The notes: generated by a model not told the origin, from the sequence alone. 63,533 bases of DNA, filler included, from Reticulomyxa filosa (GCA_000512085.1; 19 parts of 19 records of this genome joined end to end with filler, not necessarily neighbours in it); one strand, 5' to 3'. Counted from the first letter of the whole stretch, positions 51,181 through 63,533 are shown. Program-made: numbers and translations.

Positions 51181-52799
51181 TTATTTTAAATTTTTTTAAC
51201 AAAGCTTGTTTTGACGTGGGGCTGTTTCGATTTTGCATATAATTCCAATGGACAAACAAATCAGTTAAAATTGTGCGTAGGGAAATTCTTTCATTGTAAT
51301 CTTAGATAACGACTTTCATTAAAAATTTTATAATACACAAAGAGGTAAAACAAACTAAAAACAAGAAAAAGCCAACATAAACACCTTCTATTAATTATTA
51401 TAGTTGTCATATGGCTATTTATCAAATGACAAAGAATTACAATTTTGGAATATCAATAATAAATTTCGTAGTATTCAATGTGACATATTTGGTTTGCATC
51501 AAAGCGGAGTTAGTAGTGCAGTGAGCAATAGCATTACAAACCATTTGTGGAGAACTTGTGGATTTCAAAACGATCTTACACAATTGCTGCTACCTGATTT
51601 ATCCGGATCTTTAAGCACTTTGTAAGTTAATTTTACGCATGTGCCGAGTATTATTTCCGACATTTTGAAATTCTTTCTAAAGTATCTCAAGAGTTACTTG
51701 GTCAAATCTGTCATTTACTTTCATATTTCTTTAATCATTAGTGAATGTATGACTCTTGTGTGTGCACGAAACAAACATAAGAAAACTTACATACCTCTCC
51801 AAAGCTTTTTAAGTTTAAGAAATTATTACTGTTAAAAATATTTTTTCCATTTATATGTAAATTGAATTGAATTCAATGATATATTGGCCCATTTATACCA
51901 AAATTGCTCAGCGAATCCCTAACTTGGTTTAGTACTGTAGTTTATTTCATTTCTCCTCACTAAAGGTAATCAAAGGTTTGTTTGTTAACAAAAAAACAAA
52001 GCAAACTGCTTTGCTTTTTAACTAGTGTTTTTTTTTAACAAAAAGGCAAACCTTTTTCAATCCAGATTCTACTTCCAACTTCTTTCAAAAATGTTTATTT
52101 TTTTGATGAAAATATACTGTAAAGTTTTATAAAATCCAATTGTTGCAATGTTTAAATTAAGTTCTATTTTTTAAATAAGAAATTCGATTTTGCGATCTTT
52201 TGTTAGAAATACTTGGTGACCTTTCTTATCATACAGCGTTTTTCCTTTGCAGCTCTTGACTGCTCATAAAAGACAAAAGTCAGATTTCAAAACAAAACAT
52301 TTACATTGTAACTAATCAAATAAAAAAATAATACAAAGATTACAAATTGTGTATTTCATACATTTTCATATTTCAATACTATACAACATTATGTCAACTA
52401 ACATTTTTTAAATTTTGTTTATTTGCTTTGAACAAAAAAAATAAAAGATAAATCTGTATTTCCACGTACGACAAATTCCAAAGTTCGCTGACGATATTTA
52501 TTACTGTCTAAGTTTGTTTAAAACTATTTATCATAAGTCAAAACAAACAATAATAAAGCAATATCGCTAATGTTGTGCTTCATAATTGCTGTCACATTTG
52601 CAAAGAGCAGAAAAGTCAATTATCTTTTGTTGTTCAAAAACATGTCAGATAAAAAAAAAATAATATGTAACTAGACCCCTTTCAAGCACTCTTAAATCAA
52701 CTTATGACATCGAACTATTATCATTTAATAGGGGTCGATATTTATGTACGTAAATGGAACTGAGGAATCCCCAGTATGCTAAACTTTCTTCACAACTTC

Positions 52800-53246
52800 T
52801 TTCTCCAATCAATTGATTGTATTCAAGATCATGAATGTTATGTAAAAAGTGTGAAATATAGATCAAATGAATTAGTGAATAGTTTTTGTACAAATATAAT
52901 ATTATCTGGATCAAATGATAAAAGCGTTCGTTTGTGTGATATTCAATCTGGTCAACAAATTTAAATATTCAATGAACATACAAGTTATGTGAATGCTGTT
53001 GAATATTCACCGTTTGTAATAAGGGATAGTGATAAACTTGTTTGTTCCAATGTGATATGTTCTGGAACATTCAATGAGACAATTCGTTTTTTGGGAATAA
53101 TGAATTACGTTTGATCAAAATTAGTTGAGTATGTTGTATTAAATTTCCACAATTAAAAAGAAAAGAAAGTCTACAATGGTTATAGTAGCTGTAGCATTAA
53201 TTTGTGTTATGGTTCAAAAGACGGCAATATTCGTATTTGTGGTTAG
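52800..53246 (+). pseudogene. WD40-repeat relic (same family as 3806-4442)
   Basis: YVKSVKY.SNEL...ILSGSNDKSVRLCDIQSGQQI*IFNEHTSYVNAVEYSPF...NLCYGSKDGNIRI, with in-frame stops. Confidence 0.8.
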
Positions 53247-53819
53247 TATATATTTTTCAACACGGTAGAATGAAAAAAAAGGGGACAACTAAAATGACAT
53301 ATTATAGGGGTAATTGGTTCTCCATGAAAAAATAACATTGAGGCAAAATTATTTTTAAAATCTACAAATTATGTGGTTTTTGAATATGATTTTGATTTTA
53401 TTGATTTTTGTTAAAAGTTAATATATCCCAAAATAGTGTTAAAGTTTTTATTTTTCAATTGTTAATGTTGGAAACTTGAGGATAAGCGACATTCCACTTT
53501 TTTTTTGAAAGACCGGGCAAGAAAATTGCAGGAACAAGAGATTAAAGAAGTGGCAAGAAAAAGATCTTAGAAATTACGTAAATTTCACAAATATTATTTG
53601 CTGTATATGAAAAAAAAGATTTAATTTTGTTTACTCAAAATGGGTAAACTATTCATAACAAATTACTTACAATAGTGACAATTGTTTTTTTAAAATTTAT
53701 TTTGTTTATTCCCGGATTTCAACGAAAAGGTAGGAACAAACGTATTGCTATTTATGTCGTACATACAAATATCATCCAAAAATGTTCTAAAATGGTATAC
53801 GTTTTTTTTTTTAATTAAA

Positions 53820-55424
53820 TCAACATAACTCTAACGACTTGAGACGTTGCTCAGTGGCAACAATTCTTGCATATAAGCCATCCAAATCTTGTGTTATCTC
53901 ATCATATTTAGCACGGGCTGCTTCTGTCTCTCGAGTTTTTTCGACAAGTTCGTTCTTTTTTTTTTAAAAAAAAAAGGAGTGTGGTGTATCGCACATTTTT
54001 TTTAAAAAAAAAAGGAGTGACACCAACTTGCAGCTCATCCAAGGGCGAATGAAGACTGTCACAATGGAATTTTCCCAAGTAGGGTACGATCTCATTGACT
54101 AATTTTTGAAGTGGCTCCAAATATTTTTCTTCAAAGTTGCTGAGATAGATAATAGGAAGTGGAGCCTCTTCATTGGTCAACTTCAAAATCTCACGTATTT
54201 TGTTGGAAAATTCTCTGCCATACTCGGGGGCTTTTTTTGCCTTTGGTCCCTCGACTCTAGTCATAACAATGATCATGTGTTTCCAAACTTTGCGACCCAA
54301 CATGCTTTCCAAATTTTTGAGCATGCTTTGGTAAGAGTCACTAACGCGAACGTCTTGATAGTTTTTGACGAGCACAACTGCATGAATGTACTCGATTCCT
54401 TTCAAATAAGCTACCAAGTTTGCGGCATGTTCACGATCTCTTCCAGTGGAGTCCGACTCTCCCGGTTGGTCAGTCAAGCTTACCGGATACTTGTACAGGC
54501 CTTTGGGAATGAATACCTTTTTAATCTCTTGTGTTTTCGAATCCACACTGTCGCTAGGGACAAACGGGCCTTTGAGTCCCTCGTCCGAATTATCACCTGC
54601 TATACGATTGCCCAGCAAGGACTTACCTTCACCTGTTGGGCTATATAGCACGATGCGCAAGGTTGCCGGGTCACTAATTTCCGGTCCAAATTTTAACACT
54701 TTGCTTGCTACGTATACATAATGATGTAATGTGGGTATTTTTTTTTTTTTTAAAAAAAACGACTCTACTTTTTTTAAAAAAAAGACTCTATTATGTGTGT
54801 GTACATACTCTCTTCGACGACTTTTGCCTTTAATTCATCCTGCTCTTCTAGTAACTCGGCCCAAATGCTATAATACTCTCTATAAGGTTTTTGCATTTGG
54901 GCGTAATGCGCTTTAAGTTGATCGTAACGCTCCAATAATTGCGACTTTTCCATTGTTCTCATTTCGTCAACGTGCTGCTTTTGCAATGTCTCTTGTTTGG
55001 TTTGAAGCTCTTGCATTTTTTTGTCTCTTTCCACACGCTCTTTTTCCAATGCCTTAATCGAGTTTTCTCGCTCTGCTCGCAATGCTTCGTCCAACTTTCG
55101 TTGATGCTCGGTCTTGGCGGCATCCAATTGCTTCGAAAACAGCTCGGACTGCTGCTCTAGTTGCTGTTTCAAATCATTTTTCCCGTCTTCCAATGCTTTC
55201 ACCTCTTCGCCTAGTTTGCTCAATTCCCTTTGCTGAAATTCTCTTATTTGTCTCGCCTGCTCTTCGAATTGCTGCTGGATTCGTCTTGTGTTTTCTGCGT
55301 GCTCTGCTTGCATTCTGTTGAATTGCTCCACTGGAATGCCTTCATGCACATGTCGCTCCTTACTTCCCTTATTTCCAAATATATTCCCCAGACTGGTGGC
55401 AACAATAGCCAAAAATGGAAGCAT
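53820..55424 (-). CDS. AIG1/GIMAP-like P-loop GTPase with long N-terminal coiled coil (3 exons)
   Basis: RIVLYSPTGEGKSLLGNRIAG (G1), SKTQ (G2), LTDQPGESDS (G3), IHAVVLV, VWKHMIIVMTR (G4). Introns at about 54712-54807 and 53957-54027. Ends ...LKSLELC*. Confidence 0.8.
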
Positions 55425-56762
55425 CGCTTCTAAATGATGGAACAAAAAATTAAAAGTTCAAGAAAGTGAGGGTAGTGGTTTCGTCCCCTTCCCTTTCAAA
55501 GAAACTTGAGTGTCATTTCACTACTTTAAGACAAAAATACAAAGAAATGACATTAATCGATTTTCTACAAGAATCCAAGCCTGTTGAACATGCTGCATTA
55601 TGCAAAGATAAAGTGATACTGGTACAACCAAAAGTGTGTAAGTCTGTATAAATAAAGTTGTCTTTAGTTCAATACTTTTTTAATTGTCCCTTTTAATATG
55701 TATTTCAAGCGTATTTGAAAAAGATAACGAATTGTGGTGAAACATCACACAAATCTAAGCAATTGTTTAAATAAAAAAAAAGCATGATAAAAAAGGTTTT
55801 GAATAGCAATAGGGCACCAGTGACAATTACATTAAACAATGTATTGATTTTTTTTTTTAATCAACAGTTTCACGAACAATCGATTTTATCACACCCTGCT
55901 AAATCAAATTACAAAGTTCCGTATGCCAATATGTCTCTTATACACTAAACTGAACAAATTGTATCCGATATAACGCCAGTATTTTTCTACTTACATACAG
56001 ATTCATTTTTGAAGGGCAACATTACTTTTGTTTTTTTAGACTTGTCAAAAGTATCGTACTAAATTTTCTTAATATCATCACTGAATATTTGTACACATCC
56101 TCGAATGAATTAGAGACAAATGTATTTACGTTGATCTTTGAAGATACAACCAACAAAATTTGTTACTACCAAACTCTTACCGCGATTTTTTTGTTTTCAT
56201 CCACGGATTAAAAATGAGATTGGTAAAGAAACCAATGCTTGAAAAAGATTTGCAGTTTATATCCATCTAAGTTAGTGGCTCTGATTTTTTTTGAAAAATG
56301 ACTCCGGTGAACCCTTCAAATTTTGTGGAAATGGTCTCATTACGTTTTTTTGCAACAATTACTCAAGGCAAGGATAATACTTTGCTTGATATCGACCTTG
56401 CATCACCAGCACCACATCAACTCTTACAGAAAATCTCTAGTGAGTAAATTTGCTAAATTTATATACATTGAAGTGTCTTTCATTCAAAATTTTCCTCGAA
56501 AGAAACACAGTGCAAAGCATGCACTTGACTTTAATCTCTTTGTGTCATTAAATGCAAAAAAGAGAAAAAAGGAAGAAATAGAATGTTTATTCTAGTATAA
56601 ATATAACATTATTTTGTATTTATTAAAATTGTATTATTTAACTGTTATGGAATTACTATATCTCACTATTAAAAAAGAGTTAGTTATTGAAGGGTCGTAA
56701 ATCAAGCGTTTTTTTAAAACTGTTTTTCCACAGTTTCAACCACACTCAACAAAACCAAGGAA

Positions 56763-59229
56763 ATGTTATTGCATTTACGAAAATTTTTTTCCACCACGTG
56801 TTCAAAACGTACAGCGTTTTCGCTTGATCCGAATTTTGTCAAATATTATTGCTCGAGAGTTACCTTTCACTTAAACACGTATAAACATACCCCGAAGGTT
56901 TGCAAATAGCAAGTTGTGTTGTAAACGAACAATAGAAGCCAGTGTTTGGATTCAATGGACTCGGCGAGCTTGTGTACCGTCGTTCGTACGCGCGAATCCA
57001 CCCCCAAACGAACAAACAAGAAGAGTGGTGGCAAACAGTGGAGCGCGTCATCAACGGGACATTTCGGCTGCTTCAGAGCCACTTTGTCACCAACGACCTG
57101 GTACCAAAAAAAAAAAAGAAAAAATACAATCAATTGTGATAATTTAATAATATTTTTTTCAAAAAAAGAAATTTTTTTTATCCGGACTATCTCAGTCCGT
57201 CAGTCAGTCGGTCCAAAAAAAAAAACAAAAAACAAAAAAACAGAGTTACGACGAAGATGTAATACAAAAGGAAGCACAAGTGATGTTCGACAAGATATTC
57301 ACGATGAAGTTCTTGCCAGGAGGACGAGGACTATGGGCAATGGGAGCGCCAATAACCGAAGAAAAGAGGCTATTTGCGGCGGTGAATAACTGTTCGTTTG
57401 TGTCGACGAGCGGAGTGCATCAAGGGGACCCATCGCAGCCGTTTACATTTTTATTCGAGTCTTGTCTTCTGGGCATCGGTTGCGGCTTCGATTGTCGCGG
57501 TGCTGGGCTGCACATTCGCGGAGTCGACTCGAATCTTGCCTCACAAAAACCATCATCGACGACAGCCGGGAAGGTTGGGTCGATGCTTTGAGACTTAAGC
57601 TACGCTCTCATTTCTGCCATTCTGCGCCAATAGTTTTGTACATTTTTTTTTTTTTAAGTGTGTGCATTTTTTTTTTAAAAAATGGTAAAAAAAAAAAAAA
57701 AAAAACTTTTTTTTTTTACTAAAGGTGTTCGATTATAGTAAGTGCCGTCCCAAAGGCTCGAAGATCAAGACGTTTGGAGGGATAGCGCCGGGACCCAAAC
57801 CACTGATGCAGCTGTTAACGAATGTGGACGACATCTTGCATCCGCTTCGAGGCACAGCGCTGCGCGACACCACTATCGTCGATCTCATGAATTTGATCGC
57901 CGTGTGCGTGGTCAGCGGCAACGTGCGAAGGACTGCGCAAATCGCTTTGGGGAGTCCGCACAGCAAAGACTATCTGAACTTGAAAAATTATAAAATCAAT
58001 CCTCATCGACGTTCTTTCGGTTGGACAAGCAATAATTCAGGTTTTTTTTTTTTATTTTATGTATGTATGTGTGTATATACGTCAAAACAAAACAAAAATT
58101 GGGTGTATTTGTGTGCATATCTCAATGGTATCTATTTCTTCATTTGGAAAGTCTTTGCAGAACTTGGGATGGATTATACCGACATTTGCGAACGCATTCG
58201 TGATAATGGTGAGCCGGGACTTTGTTGGCTGGAGAATATGCAACAGTTTGGGAGGATGAAGGACCCGGTGGATAAGAGGGACGTATACGCAACTGGAGGG
58301 GCGCCTTGTCTTGAGCAGACGCTCGAGTCGAATGAGTTGTGCAATTTATCCGAGAATTTTTATGCAACCATCCTGCCAAGGGCATTTTGGAGGAGTTGAA
58401 AGACACTGCAAAGTATGCGTACTTATACGCAAAGATTGTGACGTTAGGGGACACGCCTTGGGACGAAAGCAATCGAGTGCTGCATAAAAACAGACGTATT
58501 GGTGTGTCGATGAGTGGGTTGCAACAATTTGTAAGCAAATATGGAGTCGATCATTTGCAGACGTTTTGCGATGAAGCGTATGCAATGCTCAAGTCATTGG
58601 ACCAATTAACAAGTCAGGCTTGGAAGATTAATCCATCTATCAAAATGACTTGCATCAAACCTAGTGGCTCTATTTCTTTGCTTACTGGAAGCACTCCGGG
58701 CATGCATTGGCCAGAGGCTAGCTATTATTTGCGAAGGGTGCGCATTCCCAAAGAAGCGCAAGGCCTGGTACGACCATTGATGGAAGCCAACTACCCGTTG
58801 GAACAAGCCGCGGAAGATGAAAACACTTTGTGTGTGTCATTCCCGGTCGCTGTTGGAGATGAACGTATCAAGTCCATTCACGACGTTAGCATGAGAGAAC
58901 AGCTCGAAATGGCCGCTTTTTTGCAACGCCATTGGTGTGACAATCAGGTCAGTGTCACCGTGACCTTTGACAATGACCGAGAAGGCGTCCACTTGTCAAA
59001 CATGTTGGACGAGTTCCAGTACAAGTTGAAAAGTGTCTCGTTTCTTCCCAAGTTTGCGACGCAAACTACTTATCCTCAAATGCCTTATGAAGCCATCACC
59101 AAGCAGCATTATGTCCAACTTTTGCAAGCGTTAAAGCCGTTGGATTTTAATAAGTTCAGCGAAGCAATTGACGTGGATAGAGATATGGAACCGCATAAAT
59201 TTTGCGATAAAGATTCTTGTCAAATGTAA
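56763..59229 (+). CDS. nrdJ: Class II (adenosylcobalamin-dependent) ribonucleotide reductase, monomeric RTPR-type, 4 introns
   Basis: FGFNGLGELVYRRSYAR, KFLPGGRGLWAMG, NNCSFVST, DDSREGWV, CVVSGNVRRTA, WTSNNSVFA, NGEPG, PCLEQ...ELCNL, RRIGVSMSG, IKPSGSISLL, DNQVSVTVTF, YPQMPYE and a terminal CDKDSC. Introns 56859-56935, 57101-57243, 57633-57724, 58041-58151. Homopolymer frameshifts at ~57547 and ~58359. Confidence 0.93.
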
Positions 59230-60204
59230 AAAAAAAAAATTTGTGGTCAGTGCAGCGAGGACAAGGAAGGAATGGTCACAGAAAATGGAGGGAGGGTGTA
59301 ATACACTTGCAAAAACAAAGATACTTATGCATACAAAACAACATCCTTCGTTGTATTGTTCTTGCATTTTTTTTGGCTTTGTTTTCCAAAATTGTTTCAA
59401 CAAAATATTCATTTTTCTTTCAAATTTTTTTCTATTCTTAATCAAAAAGAGAACAGAAGAAATTGATATTCAAAAAAATACTCATGCATTGCTGACAATC
59501 ACTAGATTCAATTTTAAAACTATAGATATTTTAAAAAAATTAGGGCTGGATGTTGTCTCTTCATGAAGAAAATCGATCATTTCTATAAGGTACCGTTTTA
59601 GGTTCAACTTTCTTTTGCGTTATATTACTCCTTTGTGAGAATGCAGCACTAACAAAAAAGTTTTAAATGACAAAACCACAAAGTAAAATTTTGTGGAAAA
59701 GTAAAAGGAATTCCTAAAGTTCACATCACTTCAGTATATTTTTTCTTCAATTCTACTTCACTAGCTTTTTCAGCACTTTTTTTTATTGAATCAAATTGCA
59801 CATTACATTCAAACGCATAGATTTCCAATTTTTGCTTCAGAAATGACATATAGTAAGGGAATATCGAGCCCAATGACTTCTTTGATTCCGTTATGCTTCC
59901 AAACTACTTCGAATGTTCATCTTGTATATGTTGTTTTGCTTGTTCATACTGATTAGGTTTAAGTTTTGATTGAAAAGTTGTGAAAACCTCACACGTGTAA
60001 ATTCATTTGCTACTTTTTTACCCTACTATTTTTTTCTCCACCTAATGGTGTTTGAGTGACAATTGTAATACGAAAGAGAAGAATAATGCAGCCAATCATT
60101 TTTGTTTTGAATTTTTATTTTAATCATTTGATAACAATCTTAGAAAAAAAGCAAAAAAATGCCTAAGCAAAAAGAAACAAAATTAGTGCAGTGTATGTGA
60201 AAAA

Positions 60205-61298
60205 TCACCACTGAAAGTGATATTCAATATCTGGACGTTTTTCACGTGAGCGTGAACGAGAATGAGAGCTAGCAGAAGACTCTGAGATTTTGTTTCTGTC
60301 AAGCTTGTGTTGAGCCTTAGCTTTATCATGAAGGATGTCATACTTTCGTTGCAATTCACGATATTCATTTTGCAATTGCTCATACTTGAGTTCAAGGTAA
60401 TCCGTTTTCATGTGTAAATGCTGGGTTTCGTATTCTTTCTGATGCTGCAAGATCGACGCATAAACCATTTTACCAATGCTGCACCCATATCTCGAATACT
60501 TGCATTCCAACAAACGATGCTCACATTCCTTTTCTATATGGCGTGGTAAAGACTCACGCACTATCATTTTATCACATCCACCATTTGAGCAACGTACCAA
60601 ACTTTTCAAACATTCATTGGCAACGTGATTTGTCGTTTTACATCGTGGTAGCACGTGTCCTTTTTTTTCGTTTTGTGTAAAACGAAAGTTATTTTAAAAA
60701 ATTTGTCAACCAATCAAAAACTAAAATCAAAACAAAAACTAGATACAAGAGTACAAAACCACAGTGTAAAGGACAGGCAATTGGCAAGTATTCACATGAC
60801 TCCAAATGTTTTTGCATATCTTTTCTGAAAATTTTTGGGGCTGAACAATGTGCACATGAAAGCGATACAAGCAGACAATCTTGACTCATGTGGGTATAGA
60901 ATTTCTCTAATAGCATTTCTTGACTGCACTTTAAGCATCTTACGGTTAGCAACTCTCCCATTAGGTTTTGATACTTACATTTGGTTTCAAACAATGCGAC
61001 TGTTTTCGACTCACGACTGCGTTGCACACTGGGCATTTCATAGACTCTTCTTGTATTCCGTACCATTTTTGAATACACTTCTCGCAACAGAAATGCCCTG
61101 CATTACATCCTGTGTACGTTGGATCACGACAAACTTGCTGGCATCTACGTGTTTTATTGTTGCACAATTTATTCCATTGCTGTTTTGCATCAACGTTTTG
61201 AAAACAGACATGACGCATAAGAAATTGTTCAAGGAATGACACTTTTCTTTTACAAATAAATCATCTATGAGCTCAAAATTCATGCTCTCTTGGTCCAT
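60205..61298 (-). CDS. RING finger + TRAF-type zinc-finger protein with short coiled coil and RS-like tail
   Basis: Splicing reconstructs CVICQQVCRDP..TGCNAGHFCCEKC...CPVC (RING), then CAHC..HLESC, CPLHC..HVANEC, CSNGGC..HIEKEC, CKYSRYGC...HL. Frameshift at ~60967. Confidence 0.85.
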
Positions 61299-62108
61299 AA
61301 AAAAAAAACAAGTAAACAAAAGTATTGGCACTAAGAAGTAAAAGGGCACCTATTTTTATTTTCTGTGAACGTGCTTTTGTAAATTAGGGATTCTAGTGAA
61401 ATACGTAGCCAATGTTTCTGTCACAATATAGATAAGAACTTTGGAACAAATATATTATTGGAACAAAAAAAGTCAATTGAGTGCATGTGAAAAGAGGTCC
61501 GGTAGTGGAAGATAAAAAATATATTCCAAGCAAATAACGTCATTTTGATTAGAAAGTTGGACATGTTGGAAAAAGATTTCACTTAAATCCAACATTTGAA
61601 TGAGGCTAAGATTCAATTCTCAACTTTTTTGTCTTTAAATTTTGCTCGTGCATAAGCAGCAAACAAAGGCCGTGTCTATACAAGAGACTCTTGTCAACAT
61701 CAAAGAAATCTGACGAAACAACACCAAAAGCACAAATAAAAAACAAATAAAAACAAACGAGTGACAAAGAGAGAAAGACAAACAAACAAAACCGACATTA
61801 AACAAAACGAAGCAAAGCCAAGCCGAAGGAAAAACAAAAACGTGAAAAAAAAAAGGTTAGGTTTGTTTGCTTGTCTTTGTATTTGTGTTGTGGTTGGTGT
61901 TATCAAATGATTTATTATTTGGATGGTGGTGCATGTCCATACATCACCGGTGTTGCATGTGTGAATGAATTTTTGTTCTTATTTGCAAAAAAACAAAAGT
62001 TTTCAAAAAACTTCGCTGATAGCTAACCGCTTTATTTTTGTTATTATTAATTTTTTTTTTATTTAAAAAAAAAATTTGCAATACTATTTGTTTTTTTTTT
62101 TTTTTGCT

Positions 62109-63255
62109 TCAAAATATCAACCAGCAAATTGTTAACAAACCAATTTTCCAATTTTGAAAATCGAGTTGAAAGCCGTTGGAACAATAGTCTCCAAACATGG
62201 TATCGACATAACATTTAGGCCACGTGTGTTTGGAAGTGATAAAATTCATGGCGCTGACAATAGAGGTCCAATAAATGGCAAATATGATAAACAACACGGT
62301 AAAACTGTTTGCGGTATCATCCAAATACGCATACGTATCCTGATCTAAGCCTTTCCCAGTGTTTGGGAAACAAATGTTGCAAAAACAATTTCGAATGCAA
62401 GATCCCATTTGATAAAAAAACCATACGACAAACCAAAATCCCAAGCACAATCCAATAATTGTAAAAGGCTGAGGGACGAATATAAAGAATCCTGGAATAA
62501 ATATTCCAACCACACTAAAGAACGTAAACACAAAAAAAAATGCATCCAATCCTGCATTTGCGCCAACTACTACCAATAGCAACGTGTCGTCTTTAAGGTC
62601 TTGACATAATTGTCTCTCCGCATTGACCAATGATAAGCCAAGCCACGCACCTTTGAGTTTTTTGTTATTATTATTATTATTATTATTGTTATTATGTCAT
62701 CCCCTTCTCCCCTCACCCCTTGCTTGTTGTTCTCCAATTTCCCCCCTTTTTTTTATTTGACATTCGTTTTACTAGTTTTTTTCTTTCTCCTCATTCCTCT
62801 CCCCTTTTTTTTTACACATACCCTTTTTCTAGATAACAAAAAAAAAAAATAAAATAAAATGGAAACACACCACTCATTTTAATCGAGGGAAAATACAAGA
62901 CCGTCGTCGCCCAACCCACATAAGTGACCCATGAACTGGAACGATCTTTATACCAATTTGAATAATGCTCAATGACAATGACAATGCAGAATATTGACAT
63001 TATGAAACGTATACTGAAATAGAAGTAAACGAAAGTACGGCTTATGTAAAGTATCACTGTTTCACAAGTGGTAAGGCTGTGCTGTTTCTTGAGCAGCTCG
63101 TTGTAACCATTTATTGTCACTAAATGGACAATCGCACATACCGCACTGGCACAAATAAAAAAGATGCCCCACACGTACCATGGCATACAAAAATCTAGTT
63201 CAAATGGTTGATTGAGATTGTAGTCCTTATGATCGATAAAGGGATCCAAATGCAT
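62109..63255 (-). CDS. Multi-pass membrane protein of unknown function (2 exons)
   Basis: ORFs 62812-63393 and 62109-62630 carry about 7 hydrophobic segments and are separated by an intron-like tract (~62652-62872). Confidence 0.55.
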
Positions 63256-63533
63256 CTTTTTTACTTTGATTTTTTTTTTCGTGCTCACATTTAAAGAGTT
63301 TCGATAAGAAAATAGATTTGGAGAAGATAGCATTTTTTGCTCGGATTTGTTTTGTTTTTCAACTCTGACAAATAAGATATATCCTGTACACAATCAGAAC
63401 ATACTGAGTCTCTTTTGGAATATTACAGTCTCGAGCTGACCCAATTTATTTCGTTAAGGTTTTTATGTTATGGATGATGAATTTAGCCAAAAAACTACTT
63501 TATTGGGTTCCGAATTTCTGAAAAAAAAAAAAA

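Noticed and set aside
46071-61298. Apparent cluster of ubiquitin/immunity genes (E2 fusion, WD40s, AIG1, TRAF)
   Set aside because: The E2 fusion is on a separate contig. The remaining neighbours show no sequence evidence of co-regulation.

Overview
This is not one continuous locus. It is 19 short contigs joined by an artificial 100-nt spacer (44 N + TTAATTAATTAA + 44 N), so adjacency across spacers carries no biological meaning. Contig 1 (1-1843) looks bacterial: GC-richer, intronless, with Shine-Dalgarno-like sites, three secreted-protein ORFs and the 3' remnant of an SOS-response-associated peptidase. It is probably a contaminant, prey organism or associate. The rest is an AT-rich protist genome with short GT-AG introns, poly-A/T and (TA)n tracts, poly-Asn/Glu/Gln proteins and many decayed WD40 and TPR paralogues. 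This is reminiscent of the foraminiferan Reticulomyxa, which is an inference from style and was not verified. Recognisable genes: PP2A B56 subunit, At2g23090/ZNF706-like zinc finger, PI 4-kinase alpha, ARM+ankyrin protein, a divergent bromodomain protein, a GT2-like glycosyltransferase, a divergent intron-containing histone H4, MAK/ICK kinase, a Ras-like GTPase, ArfGAP, an MmpL-type RND transporter, a TPR protein, an AIG1-like GTPase and a TRAF-type RING protein. Two items stand out. One is an intron-containing class II (B12-dependent) ribonucleotide reductase with an apparent mitochondrial presequence and an NPCxE->APCxE active-site change. The other is a large U-box / split-vWA / U-box / ubiquitin-like / E2 polyprotein. 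About a dozen single-base frameshifts fall mostly in homopolymer runs and are best read as sequencing errors. All family assignments come from motif recognition by eye; no database searches were run.
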